This document shows positions 38,177 to 48,594 of a stretch of DNA of 64,000 bases, in pieces. Source of the DNA: Lachnospiraceae bacterium (GTDB taxonomy: Bacteria; Bacillota; Clostridia; Lachnospirales; Lachnospiraceae). The notes beneath the pieces were generated by a model that made no database searches, was not told where the DNA came from, and was given only the letters and a program-made list of their open reading frames with translations. Numbering within the stretch: position 1 is the first letter of the stretch; every line of letters begins with the position of its first letter. Where the stretch lies: contig JAUNGG010000004.1 of NCBI GenBank assembly GCA_030524635.1, positions 50,077 to 114,076 of the forward strand. Reading direction: 5' to 3'. Made by a program: the position numbers and the translations under genes.

Positions 38177-40300
38177 CTACTCCTTCAGCGCCGCTGCTGT
38201 AAAAAATTCCTCCACATGGGTGATCATCAGCACGCTGCTGACCGGAGGCATCTTCATCATCACATAGTCCTGGGAATGTTCCACCTTGATGGCCCCTACA
38301 TTATAGCCCGTCTCTGTGGTCAGCATCACCCGCACCAAAGGCTCATCCTCCTCAATCCCCAGCTGCCAGATCGGGATCTCCACCTCCCGCTCCGTTCCCC
38401 GGTTATTCACAGCCACTACCGCCTTATATTTTCCATGCATGCGGCCGTATGCGATCAGCTGGCGGTCTGCCAGCAGCTGCTTGACACAGCCCTTCTTCAA
38501 TGCCGGAACCCGGTTATGGATGCCGCTCATGTACCGGTAATACTCCAAAAGCTCCAAATTCTCATGTCCCCAGGGATACGTTCTCCGGTTATCCGGATCC
38601 GTCCAGCCGCACATACCTGCTTCGTCGCCGTAATAGATGGTAGGTGCCCCCGGCCAGGTCATCTGAATCATCACGGCCTCACGAAATACCCCATACTTGA
38701 TGTCCTCAGACGCAGCCTCTGCCCCTGCAGAAGCCAAACGCCCTACCTTCTGGTTGGTTCTGGTAAGAAATCTGGAGTGGTCATGGTTGGACAGTTCATT
38801 CATGGACACCATCAGGGACGGTGTCTGCAGCTTGCTCATATGGTAATTCATCGCCCGGAAGAAGCCCTCCCCGTCACCGTAAAGGTGCGGGTCATACTCA
38901 TCGCTGTGCTTCTCCATACCGGTCAGAAACCAGGTAAGAGGTTCCATAAAAGCATCATAATTCATGATGGTATCCCATTCATCTCCCTGCATCCAGCCGC
39001 TGGGATCCCCGTAATGCTCCGCCAATATCAAAACATCTGGATTGACGGACTTGACTGCCTTACGAAACTGCTTCCAGAAATAGTGATTGAATTCTGCACT
39101 GTGTCCCAGATCCGCTGCCACATCCAGACGCCAGCCGTCAATATTATAAGGCGGGGAAACCCATTTTTTTGCAATATTTAAAATGTATTCCTGAAGCTTC
39201 GGTGACTGCTCGTAGTTCAGCTTCGGCAGTGTGTCATGTCCCCACCAGCCATCGTAATTGCTGTTATAAGGCCAGTCCTTGGTATGCTCCTTGTAAAATT
39301 TGAAAAAGGTACGGTAAGGGCTGTCCGCAGACACATAGGCGCCAGGCTCATATCCTTCGGCTCCTTCATAGATCCCTTCCCGATCCAGCCATTTATTAAA
39401 GGAGCCGCAGTGATTGAACACGCCGTCCAGGATTACCTTCATTCCCCGTCTGTGGACCTCCTCCATAAAACGGGCAAAAAACGCATCTGACGCCTCCAGA
39501 TTCTCCGGATCCGTTACCCTGGTAATGTACTTGTCAGCCTTCTTATTCTCCTCCCGCAGGCTCTTGGCATCCTTCTTCCCAGTCTCTTTCAGAACCTGTC
39601 CGCCGTCCTTGACGATCACGCCATAGTGAGGGTCAATATGCTCATAATCCTGACAGTCATACTTATGATTGGAAGGTGATACAAAAATCGGGTTAAAATA
39701 GATCACCTCCACCCCCAGGCTCTGCAGATAATCCAGCTTATCCCAGACTCCCTGCAGGTCGCCGCCGTAAAAATAGCCTACATCCATGGTCTCCAGCGGC
39801 TTCTCCCAGTCCTTCACACCATGAACCGGTGCACCGATATAGATGTATTCCCCGGTCTCCACGTCATTGGACGGATCTCCATTGCGGAATCGGTCCACAT
39901 AGATCTGATACATAATCGCACCCTTTGCCCAATCTGGTGTATGAAAGCCTGGTGTAATACAAAATGCAAAGTAAGGAATCGCTTCTCCCTGCACGCCCAG
40001 CCGATTATAGGCACAGCGCCCGCTGCCCTTTACGATCTCAAAATAATACCGGATCTGCTCTGCTCCGGTCATGATCTTACATTCATAATAATCAAAATAC
40101 GTGTCCTGTGACGTTTTTTTCATATTAATGGCGATATTTCGTCCATGTTCCTTGTAAATCACCTGATCTGCATCATCACGGCCAGCCCGAAACCGGATGA
40201 TCACCTCCTGATTTGCTTCCGGCTCTGCCGGAATCCGGAAATCCTCCGTTTCAGAGGAAAATAATGCTTCTCTATTTAAATAACAGACATCTACGCCCAT
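38177..40300 (-). CDS. GH13 alpha-amylase-family enzyme (neopullulanase / cyclomaltodextrinase / maltogenic amylase-like)
   Basis: GH13 conserved regions (DGWRLDVAADL, EHYGD ... WM, NHDHSRF). The start is taken at MGVDVCYL (40300). The longer track ORF begins with TTG inside the promoter. Confidence 0.8.
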   Translation of the reverse strand: MGVDVCYLNREALFSSETEDFRIPAEPEANQEVIIRFRAGRDDADQVIYKEHGRNIAINMKKTSQDTYFDYYECKIMTGAEQIRYYFEIVKGSGRCAYNRLGVQGEAIPYFAFCITPGFHTPDWAKGAIMYQIYVDRFRNGDPSNDVETGEYIYIGAPVHGVKDWEKPLETMDVGYFYGGDLQGVWDKLDYLQSLGVEVIYFNPIFVSPSNHKYDCQDYEHIDPHYGVIVKDGGQVLKETGKKDAKSLREENKKADKYITRVTDPENLEASDAFFARFMEEVHRRGMKVILDGVFNHCGSFNKWLDREGIYEGAEGYEPGAYVSADSPYRTFFKFYKEHTKDWPYNSNYDGWWGHDTLPKLNYEQSPKLQEYILNIAKKWVSPPYNIDGWRLDVAADLGHSAEFNHYFWKQFRKAVKSVNPDVLILAEHYGDPSGWMQGDEWDTIMNYDAFMEPLTWFLTGMEKHSDEYDPHLYGDGEGFFRAMNYHMSKLQTPSLMVSMNELSNHDHSRFLTRTNQKVGRLASAGAEAASEDIKYGVFREAVMIQMTWPGAPTIYYGDEAGMCGWTDPDNRRTYPWGHENLELLEYYRYMSGIHNRVPALKKGCVKQLLADRQLIAYGRMHGKYKAVVAVNNRGTEREVEIPIWQLGIEEDEPLVRVMLTTETGYNVGAIKVEHSQDYVMMKMPPVSSVLMITHVEEFFTAAALKE

Positions 40301-40378
40301 CACGTTTCCGCCTTTCTTTATTTCTCTCTTATCTGCCAATCCTAATAAATTAATATGATTAAAAATCTGTTCAAATTT

Positions 40379-40407
40379 ATTGTAAACGATATTATGCAAA
40401 TATACAA
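40379..40407 (-). promoter_or_regulatory. Candidate sigma-A promoter for the GH13 gene
   Basis: Minus strand TTGTAT, a 17 nt spacer, then TACAAT, about 75 nt upstream of the ATG. Confidence 0.4.
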
Positions 40408-40528
40408 TGGGCAAATGTTAAGAAATTATTGCAAAATCTTGCCCATCCGCGTTAATTTCCAGATTTTACGGCTAATTTAGCTGAAAAAAAACAGGATTGT
40501 ACGAAAAAACGATATGAAAAATGGGCAG

Positions 40529-40562
40529 AAAAAAAGGCCAGCGGGGTAGCTGGCCTTTTTTA
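40529..40562. terminator. Bidirectional terminator downstream of ftsH
   Basis: A-run, then stem GGCCAGC/GCTGGCC, then a T-run. Confidence 0.55.
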
Positions 40563-40727
40563 GGAGAAGGTATTTCGTTTCTTATGGGGTGTAGCAAAAA
40601 CTATATAATGTATTGGGGGGGGTTACGTGTATTATAATAGCATAAGATCCCAAATAAGTGTGCACAAACTTCCATTTTTTTCATTTTTCTTTTTGTGCAA
40701 ATTATCCACCTGTACGATTTCCTTCTA

Positions 40728-42542
40728 TCACGCTTCCGCCGCAAACAATGCCTCAAACTCCTGCTGTCCGATCTTTTCCTTCTCTAACAGCAGCTCACTG
40801 CAGGAATGAAGAACCTTCTCATTCTCCAGAATAATTTCCTTTGCCTTCTGGTAGCACTCATCAATGATCCGCTTCACTTCTCCATCGATTACCGTAGCAA
40901 CCGACTCGCCGTAGGACTTGGTGTGTGCCAGATCCCGGCCAATAAAGACCTCATCCTCATCACTTCCGTAATTGATCATACCTACCTTCTCAGACATGCC
41001 GTATTGGGTCACCATGGCCCTGGCAATGCTGGTAGCCTGCTTGATATCCTGAGAAGCGCCGGTAGTAATGTCATCAAACACCAGCTCCTCCGCGATCCTG
41101 CCGCCCAGGGAAACCATAATATGCTGCAGCATCCGGCCCTTGGTCATATAGGCCTCATCCTTCTCCGGAAGGGGCATCGTATAGCCGCCGGCTCCATTTC
41201 CTGTCGGGATGATCGATACGGTATGCACCGGCCCCACATCAGGAAGCACATGGAACAGGATGGCGTGACCGGTCTCGTGGTAAGCGGTGATCTTCCGGTC
41301 CTTCTCGGAAATAACCTTGCTCCGCTTTTCTGCGCCGATCCCCACCTTAATAAATGCCTTGTCAATATCTGCCTGACAGAGGAACCGCCGGCCCTCCTTG
41401 GCAGTGATGATCGCCGCTTCATTCATCAGGTTCTCCAGATCCGCGCCGGTAAAGCCGGAGGTGGTCTGTGCCACCCGCTTTAAGTCCACATCATCACTTA
41501 GAGGCTTTTCCTTGCAGTGAACCTTCAGGATCTCCTCACGTCCCTTCACATCCGGGCGCCCCACGCTTACCTTCCGGTCAAAACGTCCCGGACGCAGGAT
41601 AGCCGGATCCAGAATATCCACCCGGTTGGTAGCCGCCATCACAATGATGCCTTCATTGACGCCGAAGCCGTCCATCTCAACCAGAAGCTGGTTTAAGGTC
41701 TGCTCACGCTCATCATGGCCGCCGCCCATACCGGTACCTCTCCGGCGGGCTACCGCATCGATCTCATCGATAAAGACGATACATGGAGAATTCTTCTTTG
41801 CATCCTCAAACAGATCACGTACCCGGGAGGCGCCCACACCTACGAACATCTCCACAAAGTCGGAACCGGAAATGGAGAAGAAGGGAACTCCCGCCTCCCC
41901 GGCAACAGCCTTGGCAAGCAACGTCTTTCCGGTACCGGGAGGGCCTACCAGAAGAAGTCCCTTGGGGATTCTGGCTCCCACACTGGTATACTTCTGGGGC
42001 TGGCGCAGGAAATCAACCACCTCGGCCAGCTCCTCCTTCTCCTCGTCCAGGCCTGCCACATTGGTAAAGTTTACCTTGCTGTCCCGGCTGATGCGTGCCC
42101 GGCTCTTTCCAAAATTCATCATCTTCGCATTGGCTCCGCCCCCTGCTGCCCGGGCGTTCATCATGGTGATCAAAACCACCACCACCACGGTGGAAAGCAG
42201 GATGGGGATCATAACGCTCAACATCATATTTTCATGAGGAACATCAATATTAATATAGTCGATGCCTTTCTCCTGAAGCAGATGCTGCTCTGCAATCACA
42301 TCTGAAGTATAATACTGTCTCACGGTGGAATCCTTTAAGGTCAGTTCCACCTCACCGGTCGGGGTCTGCTGATTCTGGCGGATCACCACCCGCTCCACAC
42401 TTCCGTCATCCAGCGCTGTCAGGTACTCCCGATAGCTGATGTCATCATTTGTAAAAATCTGCCTGGAAAAGCTCATCACCATTAAAAGCATCATCACGAT
42501 GATCAGAATAAATCCAAAGCCTCTGTATTGCTGCTGTCTCAA
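40728..42542 (-). CDS. ftsH: ATP-dependent zinc metalloprotease FtsH
   Basis: AAA module (GPPGTGKT) and HETGH zinc site. TTG start with an AGGAGG RBS. Confidence 0.9.
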   Translation of the reverse strand: MRQQQYRGFGFILIIVMMLLMVMSFSRQIFTNDDISYREYLTALDDGSVERVVIRQNQQTPTGEVELTLKDSTVRQYYTSDVIAEQHLLQEKGIDYINIDVPHENMMLSVMIPILLSTVVVVVLITMMNARAAGGGANAKMMNFGKSRARISRDSKVNFTNVAGLDEEKEELAEVVDFLRQPQKYTSVGARIPKGLLLVGPPGTGKTLLAKAVAGEAGVPFFSISGSDFVEMFVGVGASRVRDLFEDAKKNSPCIVFIDEIDAVARRRGTGMGGGHDEREQTLNQLLVEMDGFGVNEGIIVMAATNRVDILDPAILRPGRFDRKVSVGRPDVKGREEILKVHCKEKPLSDDVDLKRVAQTTSGFTGADLENLMNEAAIITAKEGRRFLCQADIDKAFIKVGIGAEKRSKVISEKDRKITAYHETGHAILFHVLPDVGPVHTVSIIPTGNGAGGYTMPLPEKDEAYMTKGRMLQHIMVSLGGRIAEELVFDDITTGASQDIKQATSIARAMVTQYGMSEKVGMINYGSDEDEVFIGRDLAHTKSYGESVATVIDGEVKRIIDECYQKAKEIILENEKVLHSCSELLLEKEKIGQQEFEALFAAEA

Positions 42543-42554
42543 CTAGCTGCCTCC

Positions 42555-43079
42555 TTACTGTTCCACTACTCCAATATATGGCAGATTCCGGTACTTCTGG
42601 TCATAATCCAGGCCGTAACCTACCACAAATTCATCGGGAATGGTAAAACAGGTGTATTTTACCTGAACCTGCTTCTTGACCCGGCGCTCCGGCTTATCCA
42701 ACAGAGTACATAACTGGATGCTCTTTGGATTCCGCTGCTTTAAGATCTCCATCAGATATGCCAGTGTCCGCCCGGAATCGATGATATCCTCCACGATCAG
42801 AACCTCCTTACCGTCCAGAGGCTCATCCAGGTCCTTGATAATCTTAACCACACCGCTGGACTTGGTGCCGGCGCCATAGCTGGATACGGACATGAAATCC
42901 AGAGATACCGGAACAGTCAAACGCTTCGCCAGCTCACAGGTGAAAAACACGCCGCCCTTTAAGATGCAGATCAGGTGTACTTCCTTTCCTGCATAATCCT
43001 CGCTGATCTGCTTTGCGACCTCACTGATTTTTGCATTTACTTCTTCTTCGGTTAACAGCACCCGAATCTTATCAGCCAT
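42555..43079 (-). CDS. hpt: Hypoxanthine phosphoribosyltransferase
   Basis: PRPP-binding VLIVEDIIDSGRT motif, 174 aa. It overlaps the tilS stop by 8 nt. Confidence 0.9.
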   Translation of the reverse strand: MADKIRVLLTEEEVNAKISEVAKQISEDYAGKEVHLICILKGGVFFTCELAKRLTVPVSLDFMSVSSYGAGTKSSGVVKIIKDLDEPLDGKEVLIVEDIIDSGRTLAYLMEILKQRNPKSIQLCTLLDKPERRVKKQVQVKYTCFTIPDEFVVGYGLDYDQKYRNLPYIGVVEQ

Positions 43080-44523
43080 TTTCTTTTCCTCCGCTTACAT
43101 GTACTTGTAAAATTCTTTTTGTCTGGTTCGTAACCTTACAGCCTTCGCTGATACGCCGCCCGATGATCCACAGAATGTGGCTTCCATCAGCCAGAAGAAA
43201 CACACGATCACGGAGATCGGCCGGAACCTTCTCATCGATCAGATAGGACTTGATCGTCTTTCTTCCTCCTCCCGGCAGAACAAAATAATCCCCGGTCTGC
43301 CTGGTTCTCACAGACAACGCACCCTTTATTTTATCATAGTCAAACCATTTCGTATACTGGTTTTCTGGAATTTTCATCCCTTTTTGCCAGGAAAATGTCT
43401 CAAATTCCACCTTTGGCGGCTGTTTCTCATTCCATCCTACCGCTTCCCCGGCGCACTTTTTCTCGATCCACAGATAATCATAAGTCCGCCGTGCTGTCAG
43501 TCCATAAGGAAGATCCGCCTGTTTTCCTGCCTGCTTTTCCAGAAGCTCTCGCACACCTTCCACATGTACGCTGGTTAAGTCCTTTCTGGAGCCGGTCAGA
43601 TCACCGATCATCTGCCGGATCACATACGTCTGTATGATAACCGGTTCCCTGGACAGCGCCCCGGCATCTGCCCCGGAACGGAGAAGCTGGCCATCGTCCT
43701 TCTCTCCTTCCCCTCCCGTCTGCTGCCCCATCTGCCTGCCGGTTTTCCCATCCGCCTGCTGCTTTCTTTCCTGGGTTCCGTACTGCTTCAGCCACAGCGC
43801 TGCCTGCTGCTCCAGATATTCATCCGCCTGGTGCATCCGCTCCGCTGCCTGCAGGATATGCTCTGCTGCCCGGCCGTTGATCTCTGAGCAGATCAGCGGC
43901 ATGATCCTGTGGCGCAGCCGATTTCTGGTATATTCCTCTGACTGATTGGTGGAATCCACACAATAGGATACCCCTTCTTCCGCCAGATAATTCAGGATTT
44001 CTTCTCGCGTCACCGTAAGGAGAGGCCGGATCAGCCTGCCCCGCACCGGCTGAATGCCTCCCAGGCCCTTTAGCCCGCTTCCCCGGAACAGGTTATGGAG
44101 GATGGTTTCCGCATTATCATCCCCATGATGAGCCACGGCGATCCTCACCGGCTGGCCGCACTGCGCCTCCCAGTCAGCCGCTTCCTCCTCCAGCACCTGG
44201 TAGCGCAGATTTCTGGCGGCCTCCTCTTCCGAAAGGCCCTGCTCCTCCACCAGCTCCTTTACGTCAATCCTTCGCAGGCTGCATGGTACGGAAAGCCTGC
44301 TGCAAAATTCAGCAGTAAAGGCTTCATCCCGATCTGCTTCCTCCCCGCGAAGTCCATGATTGATATGAACTGCCCGAATCTCCAGCTCCCAGCTCTCCCG
44401 CATCTGATTCAGCACATGCAGAAGGCAGACGGAATCTGCCCCTCCGGATATGGCAGCCAGCACCCGGTCACCTGGCTGCAGCAGCCCCTGCTTCTGGATA
44501 AAATCTTCCACCCTTCTCCTCAT
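43072..44523 (-). CDS. tilS: tRNA(Ile)-lysidine synthetase
   Basis: PP-loop SGGADS near the N-terminus. Canonical tilS-hpt-ftsH order. Confidence 0.85.
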   Translation of the reverse strand: MRRRVEDFIQKQGLLQPGDRVLAAISGGADSVCLLHVLNQMRESWELEIRAVHINHGLRGEEADRDEAFTAEFCSRLSVPCSLRRIDVKELVEEQGLSEEEAARNLRYQVLEEEAADWEAQCGQPVRIAVAHHGDDNAETILHNLFRGSGLKGLGGIQPVRGRLIRPLLTVTREEILNYLAEEGVSYCVDSTNQSEEYTRNRLRHRIMPLICSEINGRAAEHILQAAERMHQADEYLEQQAALWLKQYGTQERKQQADGKTGRQMGQQTGGEGEKDDGQLLRSGADAGALSREPVIIQTYVIRQMIGDLTGSRKDLTSVHVEGVRELLEKQAGKQADLPYGLTARRTYDYLWIEKKCAGEAVGWNEKQPPKVEFETFSWQKGMKIPENQYTKWFDYDKIKGALSVRTRQTGDYFVLPGGGRKTIKSYLIDEKVPADLRDRVFLLADGSHILWIIGRRISEGCKVTNQTKRILQVHVSGGKENG

Positions 44524-44657
44524 CTGTCCCCTCCTTCTCTTTCTCTAATTGTATCATCACCTCTATCATATACCATCTCTTGCAGAAGATGCAAATACTA
44601 TTTCGACCTTTTTACGACCGGCTGCTTTTGCCGGTAACCGTCCGGATCGTTTCACGA

Positions 44658-46169
44658 TCACTTCCGCTCCCAGATTCCTGCCACCAGCACAGTCATATCA
44701 TCCCTCGCTCCTTCGCCCGAGGACAATGCAAACTGCATCACCTGATCTGCAATCTCCTGCGGCCGACCCTGGGGAAGGGCGATCAGAAACTCCTTCAGCA
44801 CCTGTTCCTTCTCTTCCCCCGGCAGCGCATCCAGGATCCCATCGCTGACCATGACTACCCGGTCATCATCCCACAGCTTTTTCGACATCAGAACCGGCTC
44901 AATAGGATTTAAGATCCCAATGGGCACATCACCCGCTTCCAGCAGCTCCACGCCGTCCTGGCCCATCACAAAGGACGCTGCCGCACCCAGCTTCATTGCC
45001 TCCAAAACGCCGGTATTTAAATCCACGCAGATCAGATCCACAGCCGCCGGATGCTGCTCTCTTCCAGCCAGCAAAAGCACCGTATTTACCAGCTTCAGGG
45101 AGGCTCTGGCACTGAAGCCGGTCTCCATCAGCTGCTCCGTCAGATCAATGATCCGACCGCTTTCCCGGCAGGCCTGCTCCCCGCTTCCCATGCCGTCTGC
45201 CAGGCTCATGATCACCTGCCCCTCCAGATTCTTAAAAAAGGTATAATTATCTCCTGACACCTGCTCACCGGCTTTAGGAGTCCTGGAAATGCCCCAGAGC
45301 ATCTGATATTTTCCTTCCTCCACGAACCGCAGTGTTCCCGACTGTCTGGTGACAATGGCCTTGCTGTCCTTAGCCGGGTTCCACCGCTGCTTCCCCATGG
45401 CCTGTCCCAGCACATTGGCCGCTTCCCTGGCAGTAAGGCAGGCTCCATGGGTGGTCCGCATGGTCAGATACGCCTCCCGCTGCTTATTCTCATACTCCAG
45501 CACCAGCATATTTTCCACCAGCATGTGACGCCTGCGGAAGGCTTTTTTCACCGCCTGCTCCTTCTCCCCTGTAATGTCCACCGCCTGCTCCATCTGCCTG
45601 GAAAATTCCTCGATGATCGCCGCCAGCTCCCGAAACTGTACAATGACCGCATCCCTGCTCTCCAAAAAGCGATTCTTCCAGGACAGATTCATGGTGGCAC
45701 GCCCCAGGCTGCTGTTTAACTGATTCAGATACCGCTCCTTGTGGAAGCAGGTCTGGCGGAACAAAAGGGGCATGTCCTCCATCCGCACAGATCCGTGCAC
45801 CTCAAAGGCCCGCAGAAGATAGTACAGATAATAGCTGTCTTCCCTTGCACTGTCCTGATACAGATTGCACCGGCTGCAGCTGCCGCACACCATGGCCGCC
45901 GCCGTCTGCATGGCTGCCGCTCCGTCCTCCCTTGTCAAATGCCTGCCGTCGATCTCTTCCGTAAACGACTGCGCCAGCCGCTTTAAGGAGGACGCCATAT
46001 CCCCCAGTCTGGCTGCTGTATATACATTCACATCTGCCATATCCAGACGCTTCTGATTCCGTCCCTGAAACAGCACAAAAATCCCTCCTATCCGCATATC
46101 CTCTTTCGTATCAGTATCCACTCTTTGGATACACTCAGAAAGATTATATGCGGATAGAAGGGAAATCAT
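44658..46169 (-). CDS. spoIIE: SpoIIE-like PP2C phosphatase lacking the N-terminal membrane domain
   Basis: 503 aa matching the SpoIIE regulatory plus PP2C region (GDNYTFF, SDGILD). It sits upstream of tilS as in Bacillus. The start ATG overlaps the divIC stop (TAATG). Confidence 0.65.
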   Translation of the reverse strand: MISLLSAYNLSECIQRVDTDTKEDMRIGGIFVLFQGRNQKRLDMADVNVYTAARLGDMASSLKRLAQSFTEEIDGRHLTREDGAAAMQTAAAMVCGSCSRCNLYQDSAREDSYYLYYLLRAFEVHGSVRMEDMPLLFRQTCFHKERYLNQLNSSLGRATMNLSWKNRFLESRDAVIVQFRELAAIIEEFSRQMEQAVDITGEKEQAVKKAFRRRHMLVENMLVLEYENKQREAYLTMRTTHGACLTAREAANVLGQAMGKQRWNPAKDSKAIVTRQSGTLRFVEEGKYQMLWGISRTPKAGEQVSGDNYTFFKNLEGQVIMSLADGMGSGEQACRESGRIIDLTEQLMETGFSARASLKLVNTVLLLAGREQHPAAVDLICVDLNTGVLEAMKLGAAASFVMGQDGVELLEAGDVPIGILNPIEPVLMSKKLWDDDRVVMVSDGILDALPGEEKEQVLKEFLIALPQGRPQEIADQVMQFALSSGEGARDDMTVLVAGIWERK

Positions 46170-46507
46170 TACTGACCTTCGATGGGTTTTAACAGGATTT
46201 CATCTGGATTGACCAGTCCCAGCTTCTCCTTCGCCACCTCTTCAATATACTGCTTTGTCTGAACATAGATCTTCCGCTCTTCCAGCTCCGCCTTGCGCTG
46301 CTCTTCCTCTGCCTTCTGCGCCTGCAGGTTTTCTTCCTTAACCTGATACTCCAGGTCCTTTTCTCTTAAGGAGGCGCCCTTTAGATTGACCACCACAGCC
46401 AGGCTCATCACCACCGCCGTAATGCCCACCAGAGCCATCTTGTTCCCCCACTTGTCCCGCCTGTGCATCTGGGACTGCCTTTTTCCGGTCTTCATCTGCA
46501 TCACCAC
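46169..46507 (-). CDS. divIC: Septum formation initiator family protein (DivIC/FtsB-like)
   Basis: Basic N-terminus, one TM segment and a coiled coil (EENLQAQKAEEEQRKAELEERK). An alternative start at 46438 has a better RBS (GGGGGAA). Confidence 0.55.
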   Translation of the reverse strand: MVMQMKTGKRQSQMHRRDKWGNKMALVGITAVVMSLAVVVNLKGASLREKDLEYQVKEENLQAQKAEEEQRKAELEERKIYVQTKQYIEEVAKEKLGLVNPDEILLKPIEGQ

Positions 46508-46880
46508 TTTTTATGTAAACTTTCCTTCGAGAACACTTCCACTTATTATAATTTATTTTAATACGTCCCAACCATTTTTGCAAGAACTTCATTACATTTC
46601 TGCTGATGATCCGGTCATAGCCCACCATCCCCAGAAACATTCCTGCAATCACATATCCACGCAGGATCCCGTCATTCTGCCGGTACAGCAGAGAAAAAGC
46701 CGAAAGGCTTACATAGATCCAATATCCCAGATCCTCCAGGCTGATCAGCCAGCTTGGCCTTGAAAACATCAGACGGCCGATCCTGAGGATATCGTAGCAG
46801 AGCATCAGCCAGCCTCCCAGCCCCACACAGCTGAGAAGAAGCACCGCCTGACTGCAGATCTCATCACTTATCGGTTCCAT
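46338..46880 (-). CDS. yabQ: Spore cortex biosynthesis protein YabQ-like membrane protein
   Basis: N-terminal TM-rich region, positioned between yabP and divIC. The last ~55 aa overlap divIC in another frame and look non-protein-like, so the 3' end is uncertain. Confidence 0.45.
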   Translation of the reverse strand: MEPISDEICSQAVLLLSCVGLGGWLMLCYDILRIGRLMFSRPSWLISLEDLGYWIYVSLSAFSLLYRQNDGILRGYVIAGMFLGMVGYDRIISRNVMKFLQKWLGRIKINYNKWKCSRRKVYIKSGDADEDRKKAVPDAQAGQVGEQDGSGGHYGGGDEPGCGGQSKGRLLKRKGPGVSG

Positions 46881-46900
46881 ACCAGTTACCTGCCTTTTGC

Positions 46901-47188
46901 TTATTTAAACAGTCTGGAAAGCAAAGATTCCCCGGCCTTCCTCAGCGCCTCATTGGAGCTGTACACCAGGCTGTCAGCCTGTCCATCCACATCCACCTCT
47001 CCTTTATCCAGGGTCAGCCGACTGACGCACAGATCCTTCCCCTTTATGGTCAAAAGCCCTTTATCCGTATCCAGCACTACCTGATTCTCATCAAAAGAAA
47101 CCACATCCACGATCCCGGTAATGCTCATCTTTCCCCTGTCCTCCATCATCACCCGATGGGGACGTCCGCCGATTCTCTCTTCCATCAA
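46901..47188 (-). CDS. yabP: Sporulation protein YabP
   Basis: 95 aa with a conserved YabP-like core (ITGIVDVVSFDENQVVLDTDKGLLTIKGKDL). Confidence 0.65.
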   Translation of the reverse strand: MMEERIGGRPHRVMMEDRGKMSITGIVDVVSFDENQVVLDTDKGLLTIKGKDLCVSRLTLDKGEVDVDGQADSLVYSSNEALRKAGESLLSRLFK

Positions 47189-47300
47189 AAAACCTCCTGA
47201 TATACCAAACTTAATTCAGTATATTAGGAGGTTCCAATATTTATGCCTGTTAAAAATGAATTCTGTGAGACGACGCAGAACTCCTGCTATATCTTCTATA

Positions 47301-47380
47301 AATACCGGTAACTGTTCAGTACCCTCGCTTCGCTGGGGCAGACCCTGCGCAGACCTACTGAACAATTACAAATACCGGTA
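47301..47380 (-). terminator. Long inverted repeat (candidate terminator for the hup-hslR unit)
   Basis: Arms AATACCGGTAACTGTTCAGTA / TACTGAACAATTACAAATACCGGTA with a 34 nt structured loop. The right arm overlaps the S4 gene stop codon. Confidence 0.35.
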
Positions 47381-47605
47381 CAATTCTTTCGCTTCGTCTT
47401 TTTTTACTGTTTCCTGCACATCCAGCACTTCTACCTTTACTGACTTGGTGCCGAACTGAATCTCGATCACATCTCCTTCTTTTACATTCAGAGATGCCTT
47501 CGCAGGCTTGTCATTTACCAATACCCGCCCTGCGTCGCAGGCTTCATTTGCCACCGTGCGCCGCTTGATCAGACGGGATACCTTCAGAAACTTGTCCAGT
47601 CTCAT
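47366..47605 (-). CDS. hslR: S4-domain RNA-binding protein (YabO/HslR-like)
   Basis: 79 aa with an S4 motif (MRLDKFLKVSRLIKRRTVANEACDAGRVLVN). Confidence 0.75.
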   Translation of the reverse strand: MRLDKFLKVSRLIKRRTVANEACDAGRVLVNDKPAKASLNVKEGDVIEIQFGTKSVKVEVLDVQETVKKDEAKELYRYL

Positions 47606-47608
47606 AAA

Positions 47609-47884
47609 TTATGCGTTCACCATATCCTTTAAAGCCTTGCCAGCTTTGAACTTCGGGCTCTTGGAAGCTGCGATGGTCATCGGCTCGCCGCTCTTTGGAT
47701 TTCTTCCTTCTCTCTCTGCTCTCTCAGAAACCTCGAACGTACCGAAGCCTACTAACTGTACCTTCTCGCCCTTTACTAACTCTTCTGCTACTACATCAGT
47801 GAAAGCCTTCAGAGCCTTCTCTGCATCCTTCTTAGAAATCTCTGCCTTTTCAGCTACTGCTGCGATTAATTCAGTCTTGTTCAT
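47609..47884 (-). CDS. hup: DNA-binding protein HU
   Basis: 91 aa with the HU signature (GFGTFEVSERAEREGRNPKSGEPM). Confidence 0.9.
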   Translation of the reverse strand: MNKTELIAAVAEKAEISKKDAEKALKAFTDVVAEELVKGEKVQLVGFGTFEVSERAEREGRNPKSGEPMTIAASKSPKFKAGKALKDMVNA

Positions 47885-48137
47885 GATTTTCCTCCTGATC
47901 TACTGACGGGGTATCGGAAACAGATCACATCTCATTTCAAAAGAAAACCGGCTCCCCGCGCCCTAAAATTGTGTACCTTATCATTTATATCTGTTTCTAT
48001 CCCTTTTGTCAAGGATTTTCGCGTTTTTCCAAGGCTTTTCGAGACTTTTTCCTAATCATTCCAGCCCTTCACCGCCGCCCTTTTTTCTGTTCTTCAGCCC
48101 CTTGCTTGAAAGTGCTTCCAGCATCCTCTGGCATGAT

Positions 48138-48551
48138 CTATTTTATGTTCTTTTTTGCCTTCTCGGCAGCCGCTTTTTTCGCCTCTTTTTCCTGCCTCTT
48201 GATCTCATTCCACAGATTAAGGCTTTCCTCCGGCGACTGGGCCTTCGCATCTCCGAATACATGGGGATGGCGGCGTATCATCTTCTGGCAGGCTCCATCG
48301 ATCACATCATGGATGGTAAATGCCCCAAGCTCACTGGCGATCTGGCTGTTGAGCATCACCTGCAGCATCACATCCCCCAGCTCCTCGCATAAATTTTCCA
48401 TGTCATGATTATCTATGGCCTGATAGACTTCTTCCGCCTCATCTGCCAGACACTTTTTCAGTGATTCAAAGGTCTGTGCCCTGTCCCACGGACAGCCGTG
48501 GTCTGACCGAAGTTCAGCAATAATATTTACATAATCGTCAAAAGTATACAT
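48138..48551 (-). CDS. MazG-family nucleotide pyrophosphohydrolase (YabN-like, no methylase domain)
   Basis: EEVYQAIDNHDMENLCEELGDVMLQV is a MazG EExxE/D motif. Size is 137 aa. Confidence 0.75.
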   Translation of the reverse strand: MYTFDDYVNIIAELRSDHGCPWDRAQTFESLKKCLADEAEEVYQAIDNHDMENLCEELGDVMLQVMLNSQIASELGAFTIHDVIDGACQKMIRRHPHVFGDAKAQSPEESLNLWNEIKRQEKEAKKAAAEKAKKNIK

Positions 48552-48594
48552 CCGCCCTCACCGCTTTTCCTTTCCAGCTTTTGATACCATCTTA

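Noticed and set aside
38150-39181. 343 aa plus-strand ORF antisense to the GH13 gene, and similar long antisense ORFs (such as 41626..42305 and 26220..27005)
   Set aside because: They lie antisense to well-supported genes (GH13, ftsH, LeuC-like). Their sequences are His/Pro/Arg-rich and typical of GC-rich antisense frames.
40301-40414. Longer GH13 ORF start (MPIVYLHNIVYNKFEQ...)
   Set aside because: It begins with TTG inside a TTGTAT-N17-TACAAT promoter-like sequence. The downstream ATG (MGVDV...) is preferred as the start.
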